Origin: an uncultured Bacteroidota bacterium
GTDB taxonomy: Bacteria > Bacteroidota > Bacteroidia > Chitinophagales > Chitinophagaceae
Reading direction: 5' to 3'
Assembly (NCBI GenBank): GCA_903851465.1
Contig: CAINOI010000030.1
Span: forward strand, 22,795 to 86,794
Length of the DNA stretch: 64,000 nt
In this document: one piece after another, positions 1-10,114 of the stretch
How the letters are laid out: every line of letters begins with the position of its first letter
How positions within the stretch are numbered: position 1 is the first letter of the stretch
The notes under the pieces: model-generated
Told to the model about the DNA's origin: nothing
What the model saw: the letters and a program-made list of their open reading frames with translations, nothing else
The model's database searches: none
Made by a program: the position numbers and the translations under genes

Positions 1-1032
1 TTAAGATATGGTGGATTCGTACAATTAGGAACAAGATTATTGGATGACCGCTTGGCAATAAGTTCAGGCTTAAGAGCAGACGCGAATAGTTTTTCTACAA
101 GTAGTCAAAATCCTTTTGACCAATTGAGCCCAAGAATTAGTTTAAGTTATGCATTAAGCAATACTTGGAATTTTAGTGCGAGTTATGGAACTTACTATAG
201 ACTGCCTAGTTATACGCAATTGGCTTATACCAATAATGGGCTCACGAATCCAGGCAAGTACATTCAATCTAACCACTATGTTGCTGGATTTGAATACCTG
301 CCTTCGAGTACAACAAGATTTACTTTTGAAGGATTTTATAAAGGGTATAAAAATTATCCAGTAAGTGTACTAGACGGCATTAGTCTTGCAAATAAGGGGA
401 TTGAGTTTGGCGCCATTGGTAACGAGCCTATTCAACAGGATGGAACAGGAAGGGCCTATGGTTTTGAATTTTTTGCACAACAAAAATTGACAGAAAAATT
501 CTTTGGTGTATTTAGTTATACTTTATACTGGAGTGAGTTTTCGGGGATCAATAAAAAATTAAAACCTGCAAGCTGGGATAACAGACATTTAATAAGCGCT
601 ACTGCAGGATATAAGCTACCAAAAAATTGGGAGCTAGGTATTAAATTCAGGTACCAAGGTGCTGCACCTTATACGCCATTTAATTTAGAGCAAAGTAGAT
701 TGAATTTTTTAACACTTGGTACTGGCGTATTTAATTACGATCAAACAAATACTTTAAGATTAAAAGCATTTCATTCTGGAGACCTTCGCTTGGATAAAAA
801 ATGGAACTATAAAAAAACGACTTTTGATTTTTATATTGACATACAAAATTTCTATTCATCTAAAAGTACAGGCTCCCCTCAATATACTTTTAAAAGAAAA
901 GAAGATAATTCAAGTTTCTTAAGCACCAATGGAAAGCCAGTACAAATGAATGGCAGCAATGCAATTCCTTATTTATTAGAAAACGCCGAAGGAACATTGA
1001 TACCTACTATTGGATTCATTATTGAATTTTAA
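1..1032 (+). CDS. TonB-dependent receptor, C-terminal barrel (5' end outside window)
   Basis: Frame is open from base 1 (LRYGGFVQLGTRLLDDR...). Amphipathic beta-strands, GRAYGFEFFAQ and DLRLDKKW motifs, terminal Phe (IIEF). Confidence 0.85.
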   Translation, partial: LRYGGFVQLGTRLLDDRLAISSGLRADANSFSTSSQNPFDQLSPRISLSYALSNTWNFSASYGTYYRLPSYTQLAYTNNGLTNPGKYIQSNHYVAGFEYLPSSTTRFTFEGFYKGYKNYPVSVLDGISLANKGIEFGAIGNEPIQQDGTGRAYGFEFFAQQKLTEKFFGVFSYTLYWSEFSGINKKLKPASWDNRHLISATAGYKLPKNWELGIKFRYQGAAPYTPFNLEQSRLNFLTLGTGVFNYDQTNTLRLKAFHSGDLRLDKKWNYKKTTFDFYIDIQNFYSSKSTGSPQYTFKRKEDNSSFLSTNGKPVQMNGSNAIPYLLENAEGTLIPTIGFIIEF

Positions 1033-1093
1033 TTAATTCAATTAACTTCGTTTGATTCTTATTTTACCTATGTAATTTTTTATCCGCTCTACT

Positions 1094-1549
1094 ATGAAAA
1101 ATATAGATGCCATCATGCCTGAATTAGCAAATTATATTGCTGATCACAAACAATTCAATAAAGCTATTTCGGAGGCTTCTGTTGGTTGGCACTTAGAACA
1201 TAGCTTATTGGTGATTAAGCAAATTACATCGACTGTAGCCCAATCAGAACCTAAGCTGTATAAGTCTAAATTTAATTTGACTCGTTTTTTTGTCTTTCTA
1301 TCTAAAACGATTCCAAGAGGGAAAGCAAAAGCGCCTAAGGTAGTGATACCAGCAGATAATATCACATCTGAAACATTACAAGAAAGTTTAAAAAATACTT
1401 ACCAGGCCATTGCTTATTTAAAAGATTGCCAAGAAAAGCAATATTTTATGCATCCAATATTTGGACAGCTTAATAAAAAACAAACAATTAAATTTCTTGC
1501 TATTCACACCGAACACCATTTAAAAATCATTAGAGCTATTTTAAAATAG
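1094..1549 (+). CDS. DinB/DUF1569-like protein
   Basis: GWHLEHS and HPIFG...HTEHHL histidine pattern of the DinB superfamily. Confidence 0.7.
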   Translation: MKNIDAIMPELANYIADHKQFNKAISEASVGWHLEHSLLVIKQITSTVAQSEPKLYKSKFNLTRFFVFLSKTIPRGKAKAPKVVIPADNITSETLQESLKNTYQAIAYLKDCQEKQYFMHPIFGQLNKKQTIKFLAIHTEHHLKIIRAILK

Positions 1550-1625
1550 TTGTTAAAAGCATTTAATTGAGCGTACTTAAGTTATAACCTTATTTTAGTA
1601 TTTGTAAAATTAGCCAACCAACGAT

Positions 1626-2333
1626 TTAATTTTCATTTAATATTGAAATACATTTTATAAAGTCTTCTTCCTTCTTGATTTTTAAATTATTTTTTTGAAG
1701 GATACTTTGAATTTTTGTTGCATCATCTTTATAAAGACTTAATAGATCCTCATTTGATTTAGGCGCTTTTTTCAAAAGCATTGATTTGTCATACAAGAAT
1801 AATTTAGGAAATTGTTCAATCGTTCTTAGCATCGTTGCACTGCTATATGGCTTTGCTTCGGTTACTTGAACATAAAAGTATTTGATTAAACTAACTTTCC
1901 CTTTTGCAAGCACTTGATAGATTGTTTTTTGATTTTGTTTTTCAAAAACCGGGAAACCGTATTCAAAAAATAGTAATTTGCCATTTTGATTTAATTCAAC
2001 TTGTTTGATGGCTGGCAAAACAGCAAGTTCTTTTCCTTCTGCTGTTTTATAAATTACTTCATTGCTTAATAAATTAATTTTTACAAGTACATTTTCATAT
2101 CGTTGTCCAGTAGCCAACACGATATTTGCGGGTAAAAATTCAGTATCAAAAAAGGGTGATCCATAATTTTCCATATCTACACCCATATTGACCATTTTGC
2201 CGTTACCATCCGTGACCATTAAAACAGATTGCCCAATGTCTTTCAAACTAAAATTATTTAAAGTTTGCGCCTGGCTTAAATGACTCATAAAAAGGATGCA
2301 GCCAAAAAATAAATTGCTTAATAAATGTTTCAT
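1626..2333 (-). CDS. Secreted hypothetical protein, paralog of 7609-8310
   Basis: Signal peptide ending AQAQ. Shares GS-P/V-F/Y, INLL-x-EV and GFP...YQ-x-L-x-x-GK-x-SL-x-K blocks with 7609-8310. Confidence 0.75.
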   Translation of the reverse strand: MKHLLSNLFFGCILFMSHLSQAQTLNNFSLKDIGQSVLMVTDGNGKMVNMGVDMENYGSPFFDTEFLPANIVLATGQRYENVLVKINLLSNEVIYKTAEGKELAVLPAIKQVELNQNGKLLFFEYGFPVFEKQNQKTIYQVLAKGKVSLIKYFYVQVTEAKPYSSATMLRTIEQFPKLFLYDKSMLLKKAPKSNEDLLSLYKDDATKIQSILQKNNLKIKKEEDFIKCISILNEN

Positions 2334-2573
2334 GGTTGGGAGATTTGATATTTTAAAAATAAGACTTATTCAACTTTGGTTAAGATTTTTCAATTTACAA
2401 ACCTAAAGTGTTAAATATCAATTACTTTACCCTTTAATAAGAAACCTAATATAAACAAGCAGGTCATAAAAAAGATAAATGAGCATTATTCAGTAGGCTT
2501 ATAAACTAACGCTTGTTATAGGTTTTTTATTTTTTTTTGGTTGTTTATAGTTATGATATTGTTAATTCTTCAT

Positions 2574-2581
2574 TATATTCG
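2574..2581 (+). promoter_or_regulatory. Candidate Bacteroidota -7 element (TATATTCG variant) for SusC
   Basis: TAnnTTCG variant of TAnnTTTG about 90 nt before the ATG at 2674. Confidence 0.5.
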
Positions 2582-2673
2582 TCTGCTAAAGAAAGGATTT
2601 TTACCGCTTATCAAAAAATTAGCCTTCAAAATCCTTCCTTTCCAGAAAAATTTTAATTACAAAACAAAACAAC

Positions 2674-5600
2674 ATGACTAAAAAAATCATTGTAAGTGTT
2701 TGTGCTTTCTTAATGACCATTATGGTCGGTTTCGCACAAACGGTTACTATAACCGGTAAGGTTATTGATGAAAAGAATGATCCTGTTGCCGGAGCAAGTG
2801 TGCTTGAAAAAAGCACTACTAAAGGTGTGAGTGCCGGCAATGATGGTACATTTACAATTTCAGTAAAAAAAGGCGCTACTTTAATGGTTTCGGCTTTAGG
2901 CTTTGAAAGCAAGCAAGTAACTGCTAGCAACACTAACTTAACTATCGTTTTGACTTCTGATGTGAAGGCTTTGAGCGAGGTGGTTGTTACAGGTGTTGGT
3001 GCAGCTACAAGCAAAAAGAAGTTAGCGGTTGCAGTTGAATCTGTAAACCTATCTAGCCAAGTTAAAGTGCCTACTGGTGATGTTGGTCAACAATTAGTTG
3101 GTCAGATTGCTGGTGCTCAAATTAGCAGTACCAATGGTAACCCAGGTCGTCCTTTACAAATCTTATTAAGAGGTATTAACTCTGTACAAGGTGGAACTTC
3201 ACCAATGATCTTGATCGATGGTATTGAAGCACGTGGTACAAGTTTAAACTCCATTGACGTAAACATCATTGATAGAGTAGAGGTAGTACAAGGTGCTGCT
3301 GCTGCATCTTTATATGGTGCGCAAGGTGCGAATGGTGTTATCCAATTATTTACTAAAAAAGGTAAAGCTGGTAAAGTAAGTATCGAATTTAGTTCTAGCG
3401 CAACAACCAACGAATTATTAAACATTGGTGGTTTAGCTAAAGCTAAAAACCATGCGTTCGTTACAGATGCAAATGGTAATGTATTGACTGGTTCTGGAGC
3501 CATTATGACTTTAGATCCTTCTACATTGGTATATAACGGTGACGTTCAATACAACTCTTTAGGTTTAACGAGTTACCAAAATAAGCCTTATGATAAAAAC
3601 TTAAAGTACATCGACCACTACAAGATGTTCTTACAACAAGGTTATGCATTGAATAATTCAGTGACAATGTCTGGTGCAAAAGATAAGTTTGATTTCTTAT
3701 TCTCTGCATCTAACAACCAACAGAATTCAAACTTCATCAACAATGGTGATTTCTCTCGTTCTAACTTAACTTCTAAATTAGGTTTTGAATTAGCGAAAGG
3801 TTTGAAATTCACAAGTACAACGCAGTTAGTGTACACTAAAAATACTTTGAATGACCAATCTGGTCGTAGTATCGTATTTGCTGTGAACAATGCGCGTCCA
3901 TTCTTGCCGTTTGATCAAAAGAACGAAGATGGTAGATATGCTACATTCTTTGGTGCTGCAGGTGGTGTAAACCACTCAAATCCATTCGCTACCAATCAAG
4001 ATACAAGAACTTTGATTGCAACTGTGGATGTGATCCAAAGCTTTAACTTAAATTATAAGTTACCTAAGTTCTTAGAATTCGATGCTAAATATGCATTGAA
4101 CTATTCTAATAGCAACACAACTTATAAATATGATGAGCAGTGGAATAACAAGAACAGAGTGTTACAAAATCGTTATGAATATAACTATTCTCCAGCACCT
4201 ACTGCATTTACTACTGGTGAGATTGACAATATCGTAAACAGAACAACTTTCCAAAACTTTATTGGAACAGTGAACTTCCGTACCGATTTTGAAAAAGATT
4301 TCAATATCAATATTCCTTTAAAAACTTTCACAACAGCTGCATTTGATTATCGTCGTAATCAATTCAAGCAATTCTATGCTGCAGGTTTTGATGGTCCTGG
4401 TTATGCACCATGGAATATGTCTCAAGCAGCTACTTACAGAGTAATAGCTGATTATATTGAGCCATTTGTAACTTATGGTTTGTTAGCAAACCAAAGATTT
4501 GAGTACTCTAACTTTACAGGATTCTCTGTAGGTGTTAGAAGTGACTTCTCTTCTGCATTCGGTTCTGGTGCAACTGCACAAACATTCCCTAGAGGTGATT
4601 TCTTCTTGACTTTATCTAACTTAAAGTTCTGGCAAGATTCAAAAATCTCTAATGTAATTTCTGAATTCAAATTAAGAGCTGGTTATGGTGAGGCAGGTAT
4701 TCAACCAGGTGCATTCCAACGTTTTACAGTGTTGGGTGCTGCTAACCTTGGTGGTGGAAGTGTATTTACTTTCCCTACAACCAATCCAAATCCAAACTTA
4801 TCTGTAGAGTTATCTAAAGAAACTGAATACGGTACAGATATGACTTTGACTTTAGGAAAAGGACAGTGGTTTAAAACAGCGAATATTTCTGCTACATTAT
4901 GGAACAGAGAAACAGCAAACGCAATTTATAGAGTTGATGCTGCACCTTCTACAGGTGTGGGTGGTAAATTAGATAATGCGTTTGGATTGAAATCTAATGG
5001 TTTACAAGCTTCTTTAAACTTGAATGTATTTTCTGGTAAAGATTTAACTTGGGATTTCATCACCAATTATTCTAAACAGTCTTCAGAAATCTCTTATGTA
5101 AAAGGACCTCCAGTTATTTTATTATCTGCTGCAGGTAGCGTAGGTATTACATTACAACAAGGGTATAAGATTGGACAATTCTTTGGATTTAAGTTAATGA
5201 AGTCTTTGACAGATATCAATCCTGCAACTGGCTTACCAGTTATTCCAGAAGCGTCTAGATCTTTATATGAAGTGGCTAGCAATGGATGGGTTGTGAACAA
5301 AGCGACTAGACAAACAGTTGCAATTCCTGGACAATCTAGTTTAGGTGATCCTAACCCTAAGTTCAACATGAGTTTCATTAACAATTTACAGTATAAAGGA
5401 ATCGTTACATTCAATATGCAGTGGGATTGGGTTGCAGGTGCACACTTGTACAACCAAACTAAGCAATGGATGTATCGTGATGGTATCCACGCTGATTATG
5501 ACATTCCTGTTACAATCAATGGTGAAACACAAGCATTCACTTCGTTCTACCGTAGTGTATATGCTGGTGGTGCTGCAAATGGTACTAAAAACTATTTCTA

Positions 5601-5850
5601 CGAAGACGCTTCTTTCTGGCGTTTAAGAAATCTTTCTGTAGGTGTTGATATCGCGAAATTGACTAAGATTAAATTTGCAAATCGCTTACAATTAGTATTA
5701 TCAGGTCGTAACTTGTTAACTTTCACCCCGTACACTGGTATGGATCCTGAGGTTAACTATTCTACGAACTCAGCATTTGATCGCGGTCTTGACCACAATA
5801 CTATTCCTAACACAAAATCTTACACTATAGGCCTGAACGTAGGATTTTAA
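2674..5850 (+). CDS. SusC/RagA-family TonB-dependent transporter
   Basis: N-terminal CarboxypepD_reg-like domain, EVVVTG, LRGINS, IDRVEVVQGAAAASLYGAQGANGVIQLFTKKG plug signature, C-terminal YTIGLNVGF. Confidence 0.97.
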   Translation: MTKKIIVSVCAFLMTIMVGFAQTVTITGKVIDEKNDPVAGASVLEKSTTKGVSAGNDGTFTISVKKGATLMVSALGFESKQVTASNTNLTIVLTSDVKALSEVVVTGVGAATSKKKLAVAVESVNLSSQVKVPTGDVGQQLVGQIAGAQISSTNGNPGRPLQILLRGINSVQGGTSPMILIDGIEARGTSLNSIDVNIIDRVEVVQGAAAASLYGAQGANGVIQLFTKKGKAGKVSIEFSSSATTNELLNIGGLAKAKNHAFVTDANGNVLTGSGAIMTLDPSTLVYNGDVQYNSLGLTSYQNKPYDKNLKYIDHYKMFLQQGYALNNSVTMSGAKDKFDFLFSASNNQQNSNFINNGDFSRSNLTSKLGFELAKGLKFTSTTQLVYTKNTLNDQSGRSIVFAVNNARPFLPFDQKNEDGRYATFFGAAGGVNHSNPFATNQDTRTLIATVDVIQSFNLNYKLPKFLEFDAKYALNYSNSNTTYKYDEQWNNKNRVLQNRYEYNYSPAPTAFTTGEIDNIVNRTTFQNFIGTVNFRTDFEKDFNINIPLKTFTTAAFDYRRNQFKQFYAAGFDGPGYAPWNMSQAATYRVIADYIEPFVTYGLLANQRFEYSNFTGFSVGVRSDFSSAFGSGATAQTFPRGDFFLTLSNLKFWQDSKISNVISEFKLRAGYGEAGIQPGAFQRFTVLGAANLGGGSVFTFPTTNPNPNLSVELSKETEYGTDMTLTLGKGQWFKTANISATLWNRETANAIYRVDAAPSTGVGGKLDNAFGLKSNGLQASLNLNVFSGKDLTWDFITNYSKQSSEISYVKGPPVILLSAAGSVGITLQQGYKIGQFFGFKLMKSLTDINPATGLPVIPEASRSLYEVASNGWVVNKATRQTVAIPGQSSLGDPNPKFNMSFINNLQYKGIVTFNMQWDWVAGAHLYNQTKQWMYRDGIHADYDIPVTINGETQAFTSFYRSVYAGGAANGTKNYFYEDASFWRLRNLSVGVDIAKLTKIKFANRLQLVLSGRNLLTFTPYTGMDPEVNYSTNSAFDRGLDHNTIPNTKSYTIGLNVGF

Positions 5851-5874
5851 ACCTTAACTATTAAATTTTTAGCA

Positions 5875-7518
5875 ATGAAGAATAATAAAATTTTGGTTGG
5901 AATATTAGGGGTTACTTTAAGCTTAACAGCTTGTAAGAAAGATCTTGATATTACCAACGTAAACTCACCTACTCCAAGTAGTGCACAAAATGAAAATGGT
6001 GCAGTTGCTTTGGCACAGGGTACCATTTACTTAAATGGTTTTTACAACTTGAAATACTCTGATGGTGTATACGGCCGTTTCTGGGCTGGTGCTACAGGTT
6101 TTTCTGAAATCATGGGTGATGTAGTTGGTGCGGAAGCAGCCAACGCATTCATGAACCAAATTGGTTGTCCTAATAAGGTGACTTTGGATAACGGTACAAC
6201 TGTACTAAATCCAAGTAACCCTAAAACACAGTATGAATTAGTACGTTATGCAAACCAAAACGCACAAGGTGGTAGTAATACGACTTTCTACGAGTGGGCT
6301 TATATGTACAACATGATTACAGCTGCAAATAAAATTTTGGAGTTAGCAGACAAAACTACATTCACTGGTACTGGTGCTGCAACTAAAAAAGCAACTATTC
6401 AAGCTTGGGCTTATTGGTGGAAAGGTTATGCATACAGCAGAATCGGTTCTACTTATTATGCAGGTTTGATCCAAAACCAACCTACAGATGCTGTTGCAAC
6501 CAATGGTAAGTATGTTACTAAGGAAGCAATCATTACAGAAGCGGCATCTAATTTTGACAAAGCGGTTACTGCTTTAGGTGCTGCTACTTCTACTGCTGAT
6601 TACACAGCTATCTTAGGAAAATTAATTCCAACTTACTTACAAAAAGGTAAAGGTGGTATTTTGACTGTAGATATGTGGAAGCGTAATATCAATACAATGA
6701 AAGCGCGTAATATCTTAGTGAATACTACTAAGGCTAGTATGACTGCTTCTCAATGGGCTAACATTTTAACATTAACAAATGACGGTGTTAAGTCAACAGA
6801 TTTAATCTTCACAGCGAGAACAGATGCAAACGGAAGTTTCATCGAGTCTACTGTAGCAGATAAAACAGGTCAAGCTGCAACAACTGGTTCAACTAATACT
6901 TATAAATTAAGTGAGCGTTGGGTTCAAGAATTTGTTGCTGGCGATAAGCGTAAAGACAATAACGTAATTACTTTAGCATCTGTTGGTTTGTTCAACACAG
7001 ACCGCGGAAACTCATTTAACACACGTTATAGCTTAAAGTATGCAGGTGCTGGTTTAGCTGGTGTAATTACTTATGCAAACAACGCGATTGGTGCAAACGA
7101 AATCACGATTGCTAGCACTTACGAAGAGAATGAATTAATGAAAGCAGAAGCTTTGATTATGACAGGACAAGTTGACGCCGGTGCTACAGCTATCGATGCA
7201 GTAAGAACTTACCAAGGTGCAGGTTTAACTGCATTAGGTACTGGTTTAACTCAAGCAGCTGCCTACGAGCAATTAAGAAGAGAGCGCAGAATTGCATTAG
7301 CATTCAGAGGCTTATCTTTCTATGATGCACGTCGTTGGGATATCATTGCTCCAGACAAATCTCGTACTGGTGCTGTGGTACTTTCATCTACTGGTGCTGT
7401 TAGTACAAATGCAACAATCGTCTATGGTTTCTTAGACTATTGGGATGTTCCAGATAATGAGTTAGCTTACAATCCAGCTGAAGCAGGTTCTGCTCCAACT
7501 AAGAATCCTAAGCAATAA
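5875..7518 (+). CDS. RagB/SusD-family surface lipoprotein
   Basis: Lipobox LTAC followed by KKDLD; ERRIALAFRG...DARRW C-terminal SusD motif; directly after SusC. Confidence 0.93.
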   Translation: MKNNKILVGILGVTLSLTACKKDLDITNVNSPTPSSAQNENGAVALAQGTIYLNGFYNLKYSDGVYGRFWAGATGFSEIMGDVVGAEAANAFMNQIGCPNKVTLDNGTTVLNPSNPKTQYELVRYANQNAQGGSNTTFYEWAYMYNMITAANKILELADKTTFTGTGAATKKATIQAWAYWWKGYAYSRIGSTYYAGLIQNQPTDAVATNGKYVTKEAIITEAASNFDKAVTALGAATSTADYTAILGKLIPTYLQKGKGGILTVDMWKRNINTMKARNILVNTTKASMTASQWANILTLTNDGVKSTDLIFTARTDANGSFIESTVADKTGQAATTGSTNTYKLSERWVQEFVAGDKRKDNNVITLASVGLFNTDRGNSFNTRYSLKYAGAGLAGVITYANNAIGANEITIASTYEENELMKAEALIMTGQVDAGATAIDAVRTYQGAGLTALGTGLTQAAAYEQLRRERRIALAFRGLSFYDARRWDIIAPDKSRTGAVVLSSTGAVSTNATIVYGFLDYWDVPDNELAYNPAEAGSAPTKNPKQ

Positions 7519-7540
7519 TTACTATTTAGGTAATATTTTG

Positions 7541-7570
7541 AAACAAGACCCTTCGGGGTCTTGTTTTTTT
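7541..7570 (+). terminator. Intrinsic terminator after SusD
   Basis: AAACAAGACC-C(TTCG)G-GGTCTTGTTT perfect stem with a C(UUCG)G tetraloop, followed by a T tract. Confidence 0.9.
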
Positions 7571-7608
7571 ATGTACCTATAGTAACTTTAGTATATAAAT
7601 GTACTCCT

Positions 7609-8310
7609 ATGAAAAAGTTACTACTTTGTTTTTCGTTATGCACTGCTCTTTTTTGTCAAGCACAAAACAACACGATTTCAACAACTGGAAAATGGGGCCA
7701 ACAAATTTTCCTAAGTGATGTAAATGGGCAAGCGTTTATTAATAAATACGAAGGCATTTCGGGTTCAGTGTATGATCAAACGGACTATCAATTAGCAAAA
7801 ATCACATTAAAAGATGGTAGGGTATATAATGATGTAAAAACGAGAATCAATCTGTTAGAACATGAAGTTAATTTTATTGCTTCTAATGGACAAGAAGGTT
7901 TTCTTGGGAAAGGGATGGCTTCGGAAATTACTTATATAGATAGCAAAACAACCTCTCAGAATGTAAAAGTATTTCAATGCGGCTTTCCTCCGATTGATAA
8001 TCAAAATAGAATCTCTTTTTATCAAATTTTATTCAATGGCAAAACGAGTTTACTAAAGTCTGTTTATAAAACAATACAAGAACGCAATAATGATCTATCT
8101 GGAGAACGCTTTAAAGAGTTTGCTACCTATGAAAATATGTACCTTCTTAAAGATGGTGTTATGACTCGAATCAAAAAAGATAAATCTAGTTTATTGGTTT
8201 TATTTCAAGATCAAAACCAGGCGATTAAAAAATTCATTGAGGATCAGAAATTAAACTTAAAGAACGAAGCGCATTTAATAGACTTAGTAAAATACTACAA
8301 TACCTTATAA
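7609..8310 (+). CDS. Secreted hypothetical protein, paralog of 1626-2333
   Basis: ATG at 7609 gives the signal peptide MKKLLLCFSLCTALFCQAQ. The ORF-track start at 7561 lies inside the terminator. Confidence 0.75.
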   Translation: MKKLLLCFSLCTALFCQAQNNTISTTGKWGQQIFLSDVNGQAFINKYEGISGSVYDQTDYQLAKITLKDGRVYNDVKTRINLLEHEVNFIASNGQEGFLGKGMASEITYIDSKTTSQNVKVFQCGFPPIDNQNRISFYQILFNGKTSLLKSVYKTIQERNNDLSGERFKEFATYENMYLLKDGVMTRIKKDKSSLLVLFQDQNQAIKKFIEDQKLNLKNEAHLIDLVKYYNTL

Positions 8311-9270
8311 ATGGACTTTGTAGAACAATTAAACCAATGGGGTCGGGATAAAAAACCATTTGTTTTTCTTATTGATTTTGAACAAAAAAAACCTTTGGCC
8401 TGGCTAGTAGATGATTGCCCAGATTGGTTTCAATTTAAATTCACAAAAGCGAGTTCATTCAAAAATTCCAATACAACTTTAACAGAAATTGATCAAGCAT
8501 TATTGGAAAAGCATCCGATTACGATTGCCGAATACCAGTGCAAGTATGCTCAAGTAATGGACGCTTTACATAAGGGGGATAGTTTTTTGATGAATTTAAC
8601 CATCCCAACCCCGGTCCAAAATACAGCAGATTTTCAAACCTATTTTGCTCATGCGAAATCTAAATATGTCGTTTGGTTAAAAAACGATTTCATTGCTTTC
8701 TCTCCCGAGACATTTATACAAATAGAAGCTGGAACTATTTCAACTTTTCCAATGAAAGGGACCATTGATGCAAGTTTGCCTAATGCAAAAGAATTGCTGC
8801 TCAATGATCCAAAAGAATTGGCAGAACATGCAACCATTGTAGATCTATTAAGAAATGATTTAAGCAGGGTGGCATCCAAAGTGAAGGTGACTAATTTTAG
8901 GTACTACGAAGAGGTGCCTACGCAAAATGGCATGATTGGTCAAGTGAGTTCAGCTATTGAGGGCGAGCTGCCAACAGATTATGCCTCTAGAATTGGTAAC
9001 ATACTGTATGACTTATTACCTGCAGGATCTGTATCTGGTGCCCCCAAAAAGAAAACAGCCCAATTGATTGCATCTATAGAAGGAACAGACCGTGGCTATT
9101 ATACGGGTATTGCTGGCCATTTTGACGGCGTGAACCTAGATAGTTGTGTATTGATTCGTTATTTAGGTGCAGACAATGTGTATCATAGTGGCGGCGGCAT
9201 CACTTTTCAAAGTGATATGGCATCCGAGTACCAAGAAATGATAAATAAAGTATATGTCCCAGTTTTTTGA
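8311..9270 (+). CDS. pabB: Aminodeoxychorismate synthase component I (chorismate-binding)
   Basis: SPETF, TFPMKGT, KELAEHATIVDLLRNDLSRV, LPAGSVSGAPK, RGYYTG, GGGIT motifs. Confidence 0.85.
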   Translation: MDFVEQLNQWGRDKKPFVFLIDFEQKKPLAWLVDDCPDWFQFKFTKASSFKNSNTTLTEIDQALLEKHPITIAEYQCKYAQVMDALHKGDSFLMNLTIPTPVQNTADFQTYFAHAKSKYVVWLKNDFIAFSPETFIQIEAGTISTFPMKGTIDASLPNAKELLLNDPKELAEHATIVDLLRNDLSRVASKVKVTNFRYYEEVPTQNGMIGQVSSAIEGELPTDYASRIGNILYDLLPAGSVSGAPKKKTAQLIASIEGTDRGYYTGIAGHFDGVNLDSCVLIRYLGADNVYHSGGGITFQSDMASEYQEMINKVYVPVF

Positions 9271-9862
9271 GAGTATCTGCGTTAAAGACGGCATTGCTGA
9301 AAACCTTGCCGCACATCAGTCAAGGGTCAATAAAACCCTAGACGCTTTTAATGCATCCAATCATAGCATTTTATTAGCATCTATTGTGGACGAATTAATT
9401 TTACCATCTGAAGGCTTATATAAACTAAGAATCTCTTATGATTTAAATGGAAATCATCAATCAGCTTGTACAGCTTATCAATATAAGCAGATTCAAAATT
9501 TCGCCTTAGTAGATATTAAAGGACAAGGGTATGAGTATAAATTTTCGAATAGAGATTGGATCAAAGAAGCGTTAATTCAGTCTGGTAAAGATGAAATCAT
9601 GATGCATGATGGAGGATTGATTAAAGACTGCTCTTACACCAATATCGCATTCTATGATGGGTTAAATTGGTATACGCCAGCTACACCATTATTGGAAGGC
9701 ACACAACGCGCTAAATTAATTCAAGAAGGTGTTATTCAACCCAAGGCATTGCATATAGATGACCTCCCTCAGTTTGAAAAATTTAAATGCATCAATGCAA
9801 TGATGCATTGGGAAGATGCAGTAGAATATAAAATTGATTTGATTAGAAAATGCTTCCCTTAG
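9254..9862 (+). CDS. pabC: Class IV aminotransferase / aminodeoxychorismate lyase-like
   Basis: FFESI, YEYKFSNR, LLEGTQRAKL class-IV PLP motifs; overlaps the pabB stop. Confidence 0.72.
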   Translation: MSQFFESICVKDGIAENLAAHQSRVNKTLDAFNASNHSILLASIVDELILPSEGLYKLRISYDLNGNHQSACTAYQYKQIQNFALVDIKGQGYEYKFSNRDWIKEALIQSGKDEIMMHDGGLIKDCSYTNIAFYDGLNWYTPATPLLEGTQRAKLIQEGVIQPKALHIDDLPQFEKFKCINAMMHWEDAVEYKIDLIRKCFP

Positions 9863-10114
9863 CCCAATTCAATGCAATCAGTGTTTTAAAGAATTTAGTT
9901 TTGAGTTCATATCCTTTTAAAACAACCTCTATATACTTTATTTCTCTGTTGTTCACTAGAAAGAGACTACTTCTAAGATTAAGCTTTAATTCATGCAAAA
10001 TTAGCCATATTTAGTTAATTTACACGGCCTAGCATAAGCATATCAATATGGTTTTGTTTATAGTTAATATTTATAAATTTTATAAATATCAGGGCTTAAT
10101 TAAATACCTCATTC

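Noticed and set aside
2539-2581. GTTATGA (2550) and GTTAATT (2561), 11 bp apart, upstream of the first susC
   Set aside because: Only two weak units, 24 and 13 nt before the -7 element, out of register with the three arrays; likely chance in AT-rich DNA.
9843-9998. 51-codon minus-strand TTG ORF in the pabC-nhaD gap
   Set aside because: No recognisable motif, overlaps the pabC end, and the nearby TAATTTTG overlaps its start codon.
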